Of a stretch of 42,127 bases of DNA, positions 26,391 to 35,459 are shown piece by piece. The notes below the pieces were generated by a model that saw only the letters and a program-made list of their open reading frames with translations, had not been told where the DNA came from and made no database searches. Position numbers and translations under genes: made by a program. The DNA comes from Candidatus Aegiribacteria sp. (GTDB lineage: Bacteria > Fermentibacterota > Fermentibacteria > Fermentibacterales > JCC-6). The stretch is taken from NCBI GenBank assembly GCA_046498225.1, contig JAWOBF010000013.1:1-42127 (forward strand). The letters run 5' to 3'. Each line of letters starts with the position of its first letter. Within the stretch, counting starts at the first letter, position 1.

Positions 26391-28841
26391 ATGAGAATCT
26401 TTGCGGGACCGCTCAGGACCGGTTTCACAGCCATCCTGACAGCGCTCCTGTTACCGGTACTGGGCTTCGGCGTGGCTGTTGCCGACATGAATGTCGGGGA
26501 CACCGTGATGCTCAAGGTCCCCGACCTGGCGGAGTTCCCCGACCCGATCGAGGAACACCAGTTCACCTGCCGTGCCGTCACGGAACATGCCTACTGGCTG
26601 GTCCAGGACAGTGTATCCGTCAGGGAGGGAACCGGCCCGGGAGTGGAGGATACCACCGTATGGGGTAACATCTTCACTCAGGATGAGCTGGACGTCCTTA
26701 CCGCGGACTTCGAAGGTAACGGAAGCGATGTCAACGTTTACGGTACGGTTACGGAGTACTTCGGCGCCGTGCCAGACACAGATGGTGATCCGAGGCTCTG
26801 GATCGTGCTGGCCACCATGCGCGACCAGTACACCTACCAGAACAACCCCATCGACAGAAAAACGATGGAGTACGTCAATCCAGCCGACCTGAGCGATGAG
26901 GAAGAGTTCAACGATCAGGACATCATCTACATAAACGTACATACCTTCACCGACAACGCCAGCGTGCTGAACAGCATAGCCAAGGAACTCAGAAGGTATT
27001 ACATACCAAACGGTCTTGGAAGGTTCGTCAGGACCGCGCTGAATGCAGAAGAAAACCTCTGGCTTTCCAGGGGCATCGGAGAAGTGGCACAGTACCTCTG
27101 CTACGGCATGACGGCCACAGAAACCGGCGGCTTCGGTATTCAGTTCGATGTGACCCAGTTCGGCAACTCGGCATTCTTCGAGTTGATGTACTGGAACGCC
27201 GGCACTCCGAACATGGACTTCGCCGGCACCAGGGGGCAGGCCTTCCTGTGGCTGATGTACCTGGCGCAGCGCCAGGGCGACGCCATACTGGAGACCATAG
27301 CCCGGTCCGACTCTACGGGAATGATGAACATCGCCATGGCCATAGACCCCTCGGTGCCCGAGGACGAGGCCATTCAGACCAACGTGGTGCCCATCTACAA
27401 GGACTGGCTGGTGTGCAACCTGACCAGCAACCTTCAGGACGACATGGCCGGCGGGATCTACCGCTACGACATATTCTCGGACCCCGAGGGTTACCAGTTC
27501 TCCCACACGAACCACTTCTCGGCCTTCGAGGCCCACTTCGACACCGGGGACTACCCGCTGGACGTATGGCTGCCGGGTGACGGAGTCGTGGCTCCCATAT
27601 GGTCCGCTCAGTACAACGAGTTCGAGGGTGATTACCCGAGCTACCCCACCTTCTACTTCAACGGGGAGTACGCGGACGCCGGAGGTTCCGCCTCAGCCAT
27701 AGACGGCAAGTGGATTCTCATGACGGTTTCCATCGATACCGCCTCCGAGGAGATAGTTGCCGTGGAGGAAGCGGAACTCAGCGAACTCTACAACGGTTCC
27801 TTCGACCTCGAGGGTGACATGGCTTTCACCATTGTCACCAACAACAACGAGGGAGGCGCGGCAGGTCTTCGATACGTGCTGTCCCAGGATACCGAAGTGG
27901 CGGACGTGCTGATGGCGGTTCACCAGAACTCGGTTAACGATCAGTACCTCAAGGTGTACTCCTCCATGATGGGCGAGGACCCGGAGGGATTCGACTGGTA
28001 CGGTCCCATCTTCACCGCTTCCACGGCGGATTCCACCAGCATGATCGGCATGAGCGAGTTCTACGAAACCATCTGGAACGCCAGCTTCAACGCCTGGGAG
28101 GCAGGGAACTTCAACCTTCAGGTGGCCGGCTACGACAGCAGCGGTTTCTACGCCAGCGCCGAAAAGGACGTTGCTGTTGGATACGCTACCGCAGGTAAGT
28201 TGACACTTACTGTGGAGAGCGTCTCACTGGAAGTCCAGCCGGGAGCTGTGGCTCCGGGAACCATGGTCAGCCTCTGCCAGTCGGGTATCCTTGACATGGC
28301 GGTGCAGAGCCAGGCGCGGGTGGACGACCTCACCGAGATGATGACAGGCGTCCTGGCGGGCCCGGTCAGCATTCCCGACGTAAGCGGAACGCTGTCCTTC
28401 CCCGCCGAAAGCTCCGACGGGGCTGTTTATCGCTACACCGCCGAGGGCTGGGAGAAGCTGAACAGCAGCTTCTACCAGGGCGGCAGGATGTGCGCCACAG
28501 TTTCTGATGGCGGGATATACGCCTACGGAGAGGCTCCCGGCGTGAGTTCTCCCCAGATACCCGCGGAATTCGGATTCGGAGGAATACATCCCAATCCGTT
28601 CAGCGCCCAGGCGGCCATCCGGTTCTCGCTTCCGTCATCCGGACGCGTGAACGTAACCATCTACGACATGAGCGGACGCGCCGTGAGGACACTGGCGGAT
28701 ACCGAAATGGGTGCCTCGGAGCACACGCTCGTATGGAACGGTCTCGACGAGAGCGGGAACGCTGTGGGCGCAGGGGTATACTTCTGCAGACTGCAGGCCG
28801 CCGGAGAGACCATAACCCAGAAAATGCTCCGGATAGAGTAG
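26391..28841 (+). CDS. Secreted protein with degenerate M30/gluzincin-like domain and T9SS type A/FlgD-Ig C-terminal domain
   Basis: AGGAGG RBS and signal peptide; PDTDGDPRLWIV, IIYIN, IAKELRR, WLSRG, AFLWLMYL; CTD HPNPF...IYDMSGRAVRTL...WNGLDESG..VGAGVYFCRL...K. Confidence 0.85.
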   Translation: MRIFAGPLRTGFTAILTALLLPVLGFGVAVADMNVGDTVMLKVPDLAEFPDPIEEHQFTCRAVTEHAYWLVQDSVSVREGTGPGVEDTTVWGNIFTQDELDVLTADFEGNGSDVNVYGTVTEYFGAVPDTDGDPRLWIVLATMRDQYTYQNNPIDRKTMEYVNPADLSDEEEFNDQDIIYINVHTFTDNASVLNSIAKELRRYYIPNGLGRFVRTALNAEENLWLSRGIGEVAQYLCYGMTATETGGFGIQFDVTQFGNSAFFELMYWNAGTPNMDFAGTRGQAFLWLMYLAQRQGDAILETIARSDSTGMMNIAMAIDPSVPEDEAIQTNVVPIYKDWLVCNLTSNLQDDMAGGIYRYDIFSDPEGYQFSHTNHFSAFEAHFDTGDYPLDVWLPGDGVVAPIWSAQYNEFEGDYPSYPTFYFNGEYADAGGSASAIDGKWILMTVSIDTASEEIVAVEEAELSELYNGSFDLEGDMAFTIVTNNNEGGAAGLRYVLSQDTEVADVLMAVHQNSVNDQYLKVYSSMMGEDPEGFDWYGPIFTASTADSTSMIGMSEFYETIWNASFNAWEAGNFNLQVAGYDSSGFYASAEKDVAVGYATAGKLTLTVESVSLEVQPGAVAPGTMVSLCQSGILDMAVQSQARVDDLTEMMTGVLAGPVSIPDVSGTLSFPAESSDGAVYRYTAEGWEKLNSSFYQGGRMCATVSDGGIYAYGEAPGVSSPQIPAEFGFGGIHPNPFSAQAAIRFSLPSSGRVNVTIYDMSGRAVRTLADTEMGASEHTLVWNGLDESGNAVGAGVYFCRLQAAGETITQKMLRIE

Positions 28842-28854
28842 GAAGGAGGGAGAA

Positions 28855-29889
28855 ATGAAACAGATAATAGCAACAGCGATCCTGGGCTCCCTCATACTGC
28901 TCAGCGGATGTGTGGAAGACCCGACCCTTCCGGATTCGCTGGGGTACGACGGGCTGGTTCAGACCGGCTGGGATCAGTACGAGGCAGGCAACTACGCGTC
29001 CGCGCTCGAGTACTTCCTGGACGGCATCGACGCAGATCCAACGGCTCCCGACGCGTACGTCGGAGCCGGCTGGGCTGCACTCTACCTGCCTGACATATGG
29101 AGGATAGCCGACGAGTACTTCTTCATGGCTGCCCAGCAGCAGGTGGGAGAGTACCCGCTGGCCTACTACACTGAGAACATGGTTCAGGACACAATGTGGA
29201 CCAATTTCCAGTGTGTACATCCAGACCTGCCGCCCAGCGTGCTTGACCCCATACTGGAACAGACCGGTACACAGGGAATCGTATGGGTGAGTGAGCAGAT
29301 CTACGACATAGTGGGTAGTGATGACCTGCCCTTCAGGTTCCAGCCGCTGAACAGTGTCGCAATAGCCATGTTCGACGCCTCAAACTCCTACACGACCGCT
29401 GTGGCGGAAGTGGACAGCATAGTCGACGGATGGGTCTATCTCACCGTGCCCCTCGTGGTGATGGAGATAGGCGACGATGACTATTACGACTGGATAGGCG
29501 TGGGCGACCAGATGAACTACGAATACCGCGTGTTCGACATGGGAGGCGCGTCCGGCGGTCAGCTGATGCTGGACGCCTTCGCCGGCTCGGTGATGCTTCA
29601 GGACATCAGAGAGTCCGGAGACGCCCTGCTGGGCTGCGCCAGCGCCTTCGCTCTGGACGAGATCGATCCGGAGTACAGCTTCGGCGCGGGACTGTACCAC
29701 CAGGGGCTCGAGAACCTCAGCAACATGGAGGTGAAGGGCACAGCGGCGTCGCTGGCCTTCTTCGATCAGTACTTCATGTTCTCGTGGTTCACCTGTCTCA
29801 GTGAAGACATGGGCACGGAGCTGGATCCCGAGAGCGCCAGCTTTGTTACCGATCTGATGTCGGTGATAGAGCTAATGCTCGGCAGCTGA
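28855..29889 (+). CDS. Lipoprotein with N-terminal TPR-like motif
   Basis: Lipobox LSG-C; GWDQYEAGNYASALEYF...DAYVGAGWA. Confidence 0.8.
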   Translation: MKQIIATAILGSLILLSGCVEDPTLPDSLGYDGLVQTGWDQYEAGNYASALEYFLDGIDADPTAPDAYVGAGWAALYLPDIWRIADEYFFMAAQQQVGEYPLAYYTENMVQDTMWTNFQCVHPDLPPSVLDPILEQTGTQGIVWVSEQIYDIVGSDDLPFRFQPLNSVAIAMFDASNSYTTAVAEVDSIVDGWVYLTVPLVVMEIGDDDYYDWIGVGDQMNYEYRVFDMGGASGGQLMLDAFAGSVMLQDIRESGDALLGCASAFALDEIDPEYSFGAGLYHQGLENLSNMEVKGTAASLAFFDQYFMFSWFTCLSEDMGTELDPESASFVTDLMSVIELMLGS

Positions 29890-29910
29890 GAATCTGCCTT
29901 AAGCAGACAC

Positions 29911-29945
29911 AGACCCCCCGGCACGAGCCGGGGGGTCTTCTTTAT
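29911..29945 (+). terminator. Intrinsic terminator between convergent genes
   Basis: AGACCCCCCGGC-ACGA-GCCGGGGGGTCT followed by TCTTTAT. Confidence 0.8.
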
Positions 29946-29955
29946 AGCGGGCCGA

Positions 29956-30864
29956 TCAGTACGAAGGCGCGTCAATGGTGTAGATATCGAAGCCGTCCCC
30001 GCCTTTCTCCCGATTGGATGAAAACGCGAACCAGCCGTATTCAGGATTCCACGCCGGGTAGATGTCATCCCCGGGGTCTTCCGTCACCTGCACCAGACTG
30101 TTTCCGGCAAGGTCACCAATCCAGATGTCGTAGTTTCCCGACCGGTCGGACGCGAAGGCGAAACGGTCGGGTTCGGGACCCCAGCAGGGATGTATGTTGT
30201 CGTGGGAGTCCTCTATCACCGGGTGGGCGTCCGTGCCGTCGGGCCTTATCAGCCAGATGTCAGACTGATTGCCGTAGGATGCCTGGAAGAGTATCCACTG
30301 CCCGTCGGGGGAGTACGAGGGACGGAGGCAGTCGAACTGAGGCAGGTAGAATTCATTCGGGACGAGAAGGGAGTCCTCGTGGTACACGGTCTTCCACAGC
30401 CCCCAGTAACCGTCCTCAAAGGTGCTGAGGAGCAGGGAATCCTCACCGGGCGTCCAGGTGGGATGAAGATGGTCCCGCCCGTCGCTTACCACCACCAGGA
30501 GGGGGCCGAGGTTGCCCGGGACCGTCCGCACGCTGGAGGTGGTGTCGGTGTTCTGGCTTACGTACGCTATGAGCCCCTGCTCATTGCTCCAGCAGCCGTT
30601 CGGGCCGGCGCAGTCGTCGAAGGTGGAGGCGGCTACCGGTATGGGATCAGTTATGCCGTCGTAGCCGATGATGCAGGCGGATGAGTAGGCGTAGGTGGTG
30701 AACAGCAGGACACTCCCCCCGGGGGACCACGACAGGGCTGTGTCGGGGTAGTTCCCTCCCAGGTACAGGCTCGCGCCGTCCGGCCAGGTCTCCGGACCCG
30801 AGGGGTCCTCCCCGCAGGAAAGCACCAGGACAAGGGCTCCCGCCAAAGCGGCCAGTTGTTTCAT
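29956..30864 (-). CDS. TolB-like (PD40 repeat) beta-propeller lipoprotein
   Basis: Start reassigned to MKQLAALAGALVLVLS-C (lipobox, GGAG RBS); repeats SWSPGG, PSYSPDG, FASDRSGNYDIW and PAWNP. Confidence 0.85.
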   Translation of the reverse strand: MKQLAALAGALVLVLSCGEDPSGPETWPDGASLYLGGNYPDTALSWSPGGSVLLFTTYAYSSACIIGYDGITDPIPVAASTFDDCAGPNGCWSNEQGLIAYVSQNTDTTSSVRTVPGNLGPLLVVVSDGRDHLHPTWTPGEDSLLLSTFEDGYWGLWKTVYHEDSLLVPNEFYLPQFDCLRPSYSPDGQWILFQASYGNQSDIWLIRPDGTDAHPVIEDSHDNIHPCWGPEPDRFAFASDRSGNYDIWIGDLAGNSLVQVTEDPGDDIYPAWNPEYGWFAFSSNREKGGDGFDIYTIDAPSY

Positions 30865-30917
30865 TGAAAGCTCCATCCGGTTGCTGATAGATAGATATCG
30901 AGTTCGGATTATACGGC

Positions 30918-32219
30918 TCAGAAGGAGCCGGACGAGATGTCGGCGCCCAGTTCCCGAAGCCTGTCCACAAGGTTCTCGTAGCCCCGCTGGATCTGGTGCA
31001 CGTTGCGAATGATGCTGGTGCCCTCGGCACAGAGAGCCGCGGTAAGCAGAGCCATCCCGGCTCTTATATCCGGACTGCTCACGTCGGTTCCATGAAGCCT
31101 GGACGGGCCTGACACAACGACCCTGTGAGGGTCGCACTGTATGATGTCCGCTCCCATGGAAACCAGCTTGTCCACGAAGAAGAGCCTGCTCTCGAACATC
31201 TTCTCGAAAATGAGGGATATTCCCCTGGACTGCGTGGCAACAACTACAGCTGTACTGGTCAGGTCCGGCGAGAAACCAGGCCAGGGAGCGTCGTACACGG
31301 TCGGTATGGCCCCTCCGCGGTCCTGCTTCACCGCCAGCGGACGGGACCCGTCCACCGAAAGACGGTCCCCTTCGATATCGACGGAGACCCCCAGCTTGGA
31401 AAAACCGTTCATTATGGGCCTGATTATCTCCCCGGGAACGTCCGATATGCTGACCTTTCCCCCGCAGCAGGCCGCCAGCCCGATGAAGCTGCCGATCTCG
31501 ATATGATCGGGGCAGACCCTGTGACTGCAGCCTTCCAGCAGGCCGTCAGTCCCCTGAACGGTCAGCCTGTTGGTGCCGGTCCCGGATATTCGGGAGCCCA
31601 TGGATTTCAGTATGACCGCCAGGTCCTGTACGTTGGGCTCACAGGCGGCGTTGTAGATAACCGTTTCCCCGGTGGCTACGGCGGCGGCCATCAGGGCGTT
31701 CTCGGTAGCGGTCACCGAGGGTTCGTCCAGAAAAATGGACCTGCCCCGCAGGCCGTTTGCCCTGAAGGAGAGAAGCCTTCCCTCCAGAGATACTTCGGCT
31801 CCCATCTGTTCCAGGGCCAGGAAATGGGTGTCCAGTCTTCTTTTTCCTATTACGTCGCCTCCCGGCGGGGGCAGCGTGACCCTTCCCGCCCTTGCAGTGA
31901 GGGGACCTGCCAGAAGGATGGACGCCCTTATCTCCCTGCAGCCGTCATGGTCCAGCCCGTCCGGGTCTATGTTCGATGCATTCAGCCTCAGCCCTTCCCG
32001 CAAGGACCCGGAGACGGAAACGCCCAGGCTCTCCAGAAGGCCCAGCATCTTTCTCACGTCCCGTATGTCCGGCAGGTTGGTCAGGAATACCTCGCCGTCG
32101 GTGAGAAGGCAGGCGGCAAGAATGGGCAGGGCCGCGTTCTTGCTGCCGCAGGGATGGAGCTCGCCTGCGAGGGGAATGCCACCCCTTACACGGTAACTGT
32201 CGGATGATTCCCCGTTCAT
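30918..32219 (-). CDS. murA: UDP-N-acetylglucosamine 1-carboxyvinyltransferase
   Basis: GSKNAALPIL, IRASILL.GP, PGGDVIG.R..D.H, SVTATEN, PDHIE, FESRL, DIRAG, RGYE. Confidence 0.96.
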   Translation of the reverse strand: MNGESSDSYRVRGGIPLAGELHPCGSKNAALPILAACLLTDGEVFLTNLPDIRDVRKMLGLLESLGVSVSGSLREGLRLNASNIDPDGLDHDGCREIRASILLAGPLTARAGRVTLPPPGGDVIGKRRLDTHFLALEQMGAEVSLEGRLLSFRANGLRGRSIFLDEPSVTATENALMAAAVATGETVIYNAACEPNVQDLAVILKSMGSRISGTGTNRLTVQGTDGLLEGCSHRVCPDHIEIGSFIGLAACCGGKVSISDVPGEIIRPIMNGFSKLGVSVDIEGDRLSVDGSRPLAVKQDRGGAIPTVYDAPWPGFSPDLTSTAVVVATQSRGISLIFEKMFESRLFFVDKLVSMGADIIQCDPHRVVVSGPSRLHGTDVSSPDIRAGMALLTAALCAEGTSIIRNVHQIQRGYENLVDRLRELGADISSGSF

Positions 32220-33028
32220 TATCCCCTGCCGTCCAGGGAGGATTTTTCAAGTATGGTGTGGTACAGGTCGGGGTAGTCCCTGGGGATCCAGTCCTGCTTC
32301 AGCAGCCACATGATGTAGTCCCGGTCCTGCGCGGCTATGTCCTCCACCAGCTTGCCCCGGTACTTCCCGAAGGAGAAGACCTTTACTTCCAGGGGGGACA
32401 TTACGAACTCGACCAGCTCGGCCCAGCTGTTCCAGCTTACCGGAGTCTGCTCGATGGCGTACTCCACCAGGGAGCGGACCAGTTCGGTGTCGAACATGGC
32501 CCTGTGAGCGTCCCCGTCGATGCCGGAATCGAGGTTGAACCTGTACCTGAGCGCCTGAAGGGCATGGGAGGGTACGAGGGGCCACAGATGCCTGGACAGT
32601 CTCAGAGAGTCCAGCCGGGACGCGGTTTCCATACCCTGCAGGACGCCGGGAAGCTCTCTGGTCAGAATGGCCAGATCGTAGGGCAGGTTATGGGCCGAGA
32701 TGCAGTCGGCCCGCTGAAAAAGCTCGAATACCTGGCTGGATATGTCCTGTATGGATGGCTCGTCCTGCAGCATCTCGTTGGTTATGTGGTGAACCGCGGA
32801 AGCTTCCGGCGGAACCTGCTCGGGAGGCTTGACCAGCCTCTGGAACCGCACGTCCTCCTCCGGCCTCCTGCTGAAACCGCTGTAGGAGGAGAGAAGAAGC
32901 GCAACCTCGCAGATGTGCGCTGTGTCGGGGTCTGCGCCTGTGGTCTCGGTGTCCAGATAAAGGACCCTGGTCTCGTTGCCCGGATCAAGCGCGCTGGAAA
33001 AGAGATCGGGTTCGTTATTCATGAACAT
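32219..33028 (-). CDS. DEDDh 3'-5' exonuclease (ExoX-like) with C-terminal FGKY (DUF3820-like) domain
   Basis: LDTETTG, AHNLPYD, AHRAMFD and FGKYRGK...YIMWL motifs. Confidence 0.9.
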   Translation of the reverse strand: MFMNNEPDLFSSALDPGNETRVLYLDTETTGADPDTAHICEVALLLSSYSGFSRRPEEDVRFQRLVKPPEQVPPEASAVHHITNEMLQDEPSIQDISSQVFELFQRADCISAHNLPYDLAILTRELPGVLQGMETASRLDSLRLSRHLWPLVPSHALQALRYRFNLDSGIDGDAHRAMFDTELVRSLVEYAIEQTPVSWNSWAELVEFVMSPLEVKVFSFGKYRGKLVEDIAAQDRDYIMWLLKQDWIPRDYPDLYHTILEKSSLDGRG

Positions 33029-33068
33029 ATCCTAATTCCAGGAACGGTCATTGAAAAGCCGACGCGGC

Positions 33069-33113
33069 ATGAACGCGTTCATTTTTTGGCAAATTCCAGG
33101 ATTGGTATATAAT
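33069..33113 (+). promoter_or_regulatory. Promoter with adjacent palindromic site
   Basis: Perfect palindrome ATGAACGCGTTCAT at 33069-33082, then TTGGCA-N16-TATAAT at 33086-33113. Confidence 0.55.
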
Positions 33114-33165
33114 ATGTAACAGTGGCAAACCAAAGGTATCCGGTTCATTAACTGAGGGAGGAATC

Positions 33166-34824
33166 ATGAAGGCAGCAGCAGTGCTTACAGTTTCCGCGAT
33201 GCTTCTCATCGCGTGCGGAGGGCAGCAGGAGGAGATTGCGGACGCATCGCCCCTGGCGGTCATGCCCGGGACACCGTCATTGTTCTCCATGGCGGTGCTG
33301 AACCCGGCGGCGGTGATATCCGCGCTGGACGGTTACGCTTCCGGGGTTCCGCTTCTGGGTGAGAGCGCGGTGTCCGGTTGGATACTCTCAGCCCTTGACT
33401 GCGCGGACATGTCCGAAGTGGACGGAAGGCTGGGAATAAGGACCGACGGGGGTCTGACCCTGTTCATGGAAAGCATGATGCCCCAGAGCATAGGAGCGGC
33501 GCTCACAGTGCCGGACCCGGACACGTTCTGGGCCAATATCGGACTGACGCCCCAGCCGGATGAGCCCCTGGAAGGGCACGACGTCAGCAGCATTCCGGTT
33601 GATTTCGGCAGCATCTACTTCTGCCACACCCGTGGGCTGATGCTGGCCGCCGGCAGCAGGGCCGCCCTTCAGTCCATGCTGGAGCGGATTGACGACCAGC
33701 CGGCCTCCAGCCTGGCGGAGGTGCCCGACGGCTCCTTCTACATGTCCGCCAGCGTAGAGACCTTCGGCCCCATGGTCGCCAGCCAGCTGGCCATGATGCA
33801 GCCCCAGCTCATGTCGGAGATGACCGCGGCCGGGGAGATGGACCCTGAAATGATGCAGAACATGATGGGACTCTACTTCGACGCCATCGGCCTCATGCTT
33901 ACGGACGTGAGCACATGGAGCTGTGTCGTCACCTTCGGCCCGGAATACGTGAGCGGAAGCTCCACGGTTGAGTTTGTGCCGGGATCGACCCTTGACAGGT
34001 ATGTCGTTCCGGTGGAGGCGGAAGACATGACCGGCCTGATCCCCGCCGGGGACGTAATGGTGGCCAGGCTGAGCCTGGACCCGTCAACCAGCGCCGCGGC
34101 AATGAACGCAGTGTTCGATGCGATGGGACTGACCGACGTTCCACAGGACATGGTGGAGTTCTGGGCCAAGTCAACCAGCAACACGGCTGTGAGCATGCTG
34201 TACGACCCGGAAGTCCCCCTCAGGGTGGCAGGGGTGTACACCATGCCCGAGGGAAGCACCCTGGAGGACGTGAAGAACGTCTACGAGTCACAGTTCTCCA
34301 TGATGTCTGATTTCATGGAAATGCCCGGGCTGGAGCTATCACCGGTCGAGTATGCCGAGTACCGCGGCAGGAACTGGGTGACCCTGGGCATGAGCATGGA
34401 CATGGAGGCATTCAGGCCCGACACTGTGGAGGAGGAGTCGACCTACGCCCGGAGTGTGTCATGGACGATGTGGATGACGGAGCAGGACGGGGCTCTCTAT
34501 ATGGAGATGGCCCCGGAGCCGGCCACCGTAGCCGACATTCTCGACGGGACCTACCAGGGGGATTACGCGGCGGACATGGCCGAAATGGGAAGTTTCTCCG
34601 ATTCCTCGGAGATGGCCATTCTTCTCAACATGCCGGGTTACCTGAACATGGCCCTGGCCATGTCGGGGCTTGATGTTCCGCCTGTGGATTTCGATCCCGT
34701 ATGGATGGAGATGGAACTGGACATCACGCAGGGCGGAATGAGAAGTGATTTCCGTTTCTCCGGGACAGAGATGACAGCCTTCATCGGAAAGGCGATCCAG
34801 GCCTTTTCTATGATGGCTCAGTGA
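33166..34824 (+). CDS. Met-rich lipoprotein of unknown function
   Basis: GGAGG RBS; lipobox LIA-C; acidic and Met-rich composition. Confidence 0.85.
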   Translation: MKAAAVLTVSAMLLIACGGQQEEIADASPLAVMPGTPSLFSMAVLNPAAVISALDGYASGVPLLGESAVSGWILSALDCADMSEVDGRLGIRTDGGLTLFMESMMPQSIGAALTVPDPDTFWANIGLTPQPDEPLEGHDVSSIPVDFGSIYFCHTRGLMLAAGSRAALQSMLERIDDQPASSLAEVPDGSFYMSASVETFGPMVASQLAMMQPQLMSEMTAAGEMDPEMMQNMMGLYFDAIGLMLTDVSTWSCVVTFGPEYVSGSSTVEFVPGSTLDRYVVPVEAEDMTGLIPAGDVMVARLSLDPSTSAAAMNAVFDAMGLTDVPQDMVEFWAKSTSNTAVSMLYDPEVPLRVAGVYTMPEGSTLEDVKNVYESQFSMMSDFMEMPGLELSPVEYAEYRGRNWVTLGMSMDMEAFRPDTVEEESTYARSVSWTMWMTEQDGALYMEMAPEPATVADILDGTYQGDYAADMAEMGSFSDSSEMAILLNMPGYLNMALAMSGLDVPPVDFDPVWMEMELDITQGGMRSDFRFSGTEMTAFIGKAIQAFSMMAQ

Positions 34825-34849
34825 TTACAGAGGGGTAATAGCCTCGATT

Positions 34850-34881
34850 GAGCGGCGCCGGCGGAACCGCCGGCGCCGCTC
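34850..34881. terminator. Long GC hairpin between convergent genes
   Basis: GAGCGGCGCCGGCGG-AA-CCGCCGGCGCCGCTC; weak U-tracts. Confidence 0.65.
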
Positions 34882-34883
34882 TC

Positions 34884-35456
34884 TCATACAGGATCGGGAC
34901 TCCTGTTGTATATCTCCTGCGCCGGGGAAAGCCCCTCGCTGCAGCAGAGGAGGACGCAGTCAGCCGCCCTGTGGGCCATCACCGAAACCTGTTCCTCAAG
35001 GTCCGGAGGCACCCTGTCCAGCACATATTCCGCCAGATCGGCCCCGGCGGGGGCCGGGCCGATGCCCATTCTCAACCGGGAAAAGTCCTCCGTGCCCAGG
35101 GACCGGATGATGTCCTGTAGGCCGTTGTGTCCGCCGCTGCTTCCCGAGGCGCGCAGCCGAAGCCTTCCCAGGTCCAGGTTTACGTCGTCACAGATGACCA
35201 GCAGCTGCTCCGCGCCCACTCCGCTTCCGTTCAGGAAGGAGGCCACGGACCTTCCGCTCCGGTTCATGTATACTGTGGGCTTTATCACTTCTACACCCCC
35301 GGGAAGGGACGCCACATGGAACAGACCCGCGTCGATGAAGTCAACGCCGGCTTCCCGGGACAGAATATCCGCCACCCAGAAACCGGCATTGTGCCAGGTC
35401 ATTCTATAACGGTCGCCCGGGTTACCCAGGCAGGCCACCACTCGGGGCAGGGGCAA
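34884..35456 (-). CDS. pth: Peptidyl-tRNA hydrolase
   Basis: LGNPG..Y..TWHNAGF, KPTVYMNRSG, GGHNGL and RLRMGIG motifs. Confidence 0.95.
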   Translation of the reverse strand: MPLPRVVACLGNPGDRYRMTWHNAGFWVADILSREAGVDFIDAGLFHVASLPGGVEVIKPTVYMNRSGRSVASFLNGSGVGAEQLLVICDDVNLDLGRLRLRASGSSGGHNGLQDIIRSLGTEDFSRLRMGIGPAPAGADLAEYVLDRVPPDLEEQVSVMAHRAADCVLLCCSEGLSPAQEIYNRSPDPV

Positions 35457-35459
35457 AGG

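Noticed and set aside
17686..30864. Tol-Pal system (TolQ/R/A with the TolB-like gene)
   Set aside because: No pal gene; the TolB-like gene is in a separate convergent operon; the motor sits next to a TonB receptor and has a TonB C-domain.
33069..33082. Gram-positive-type LexA box
   Set aside because: The spacing is GAAC-N2-GTTC rather than N4.
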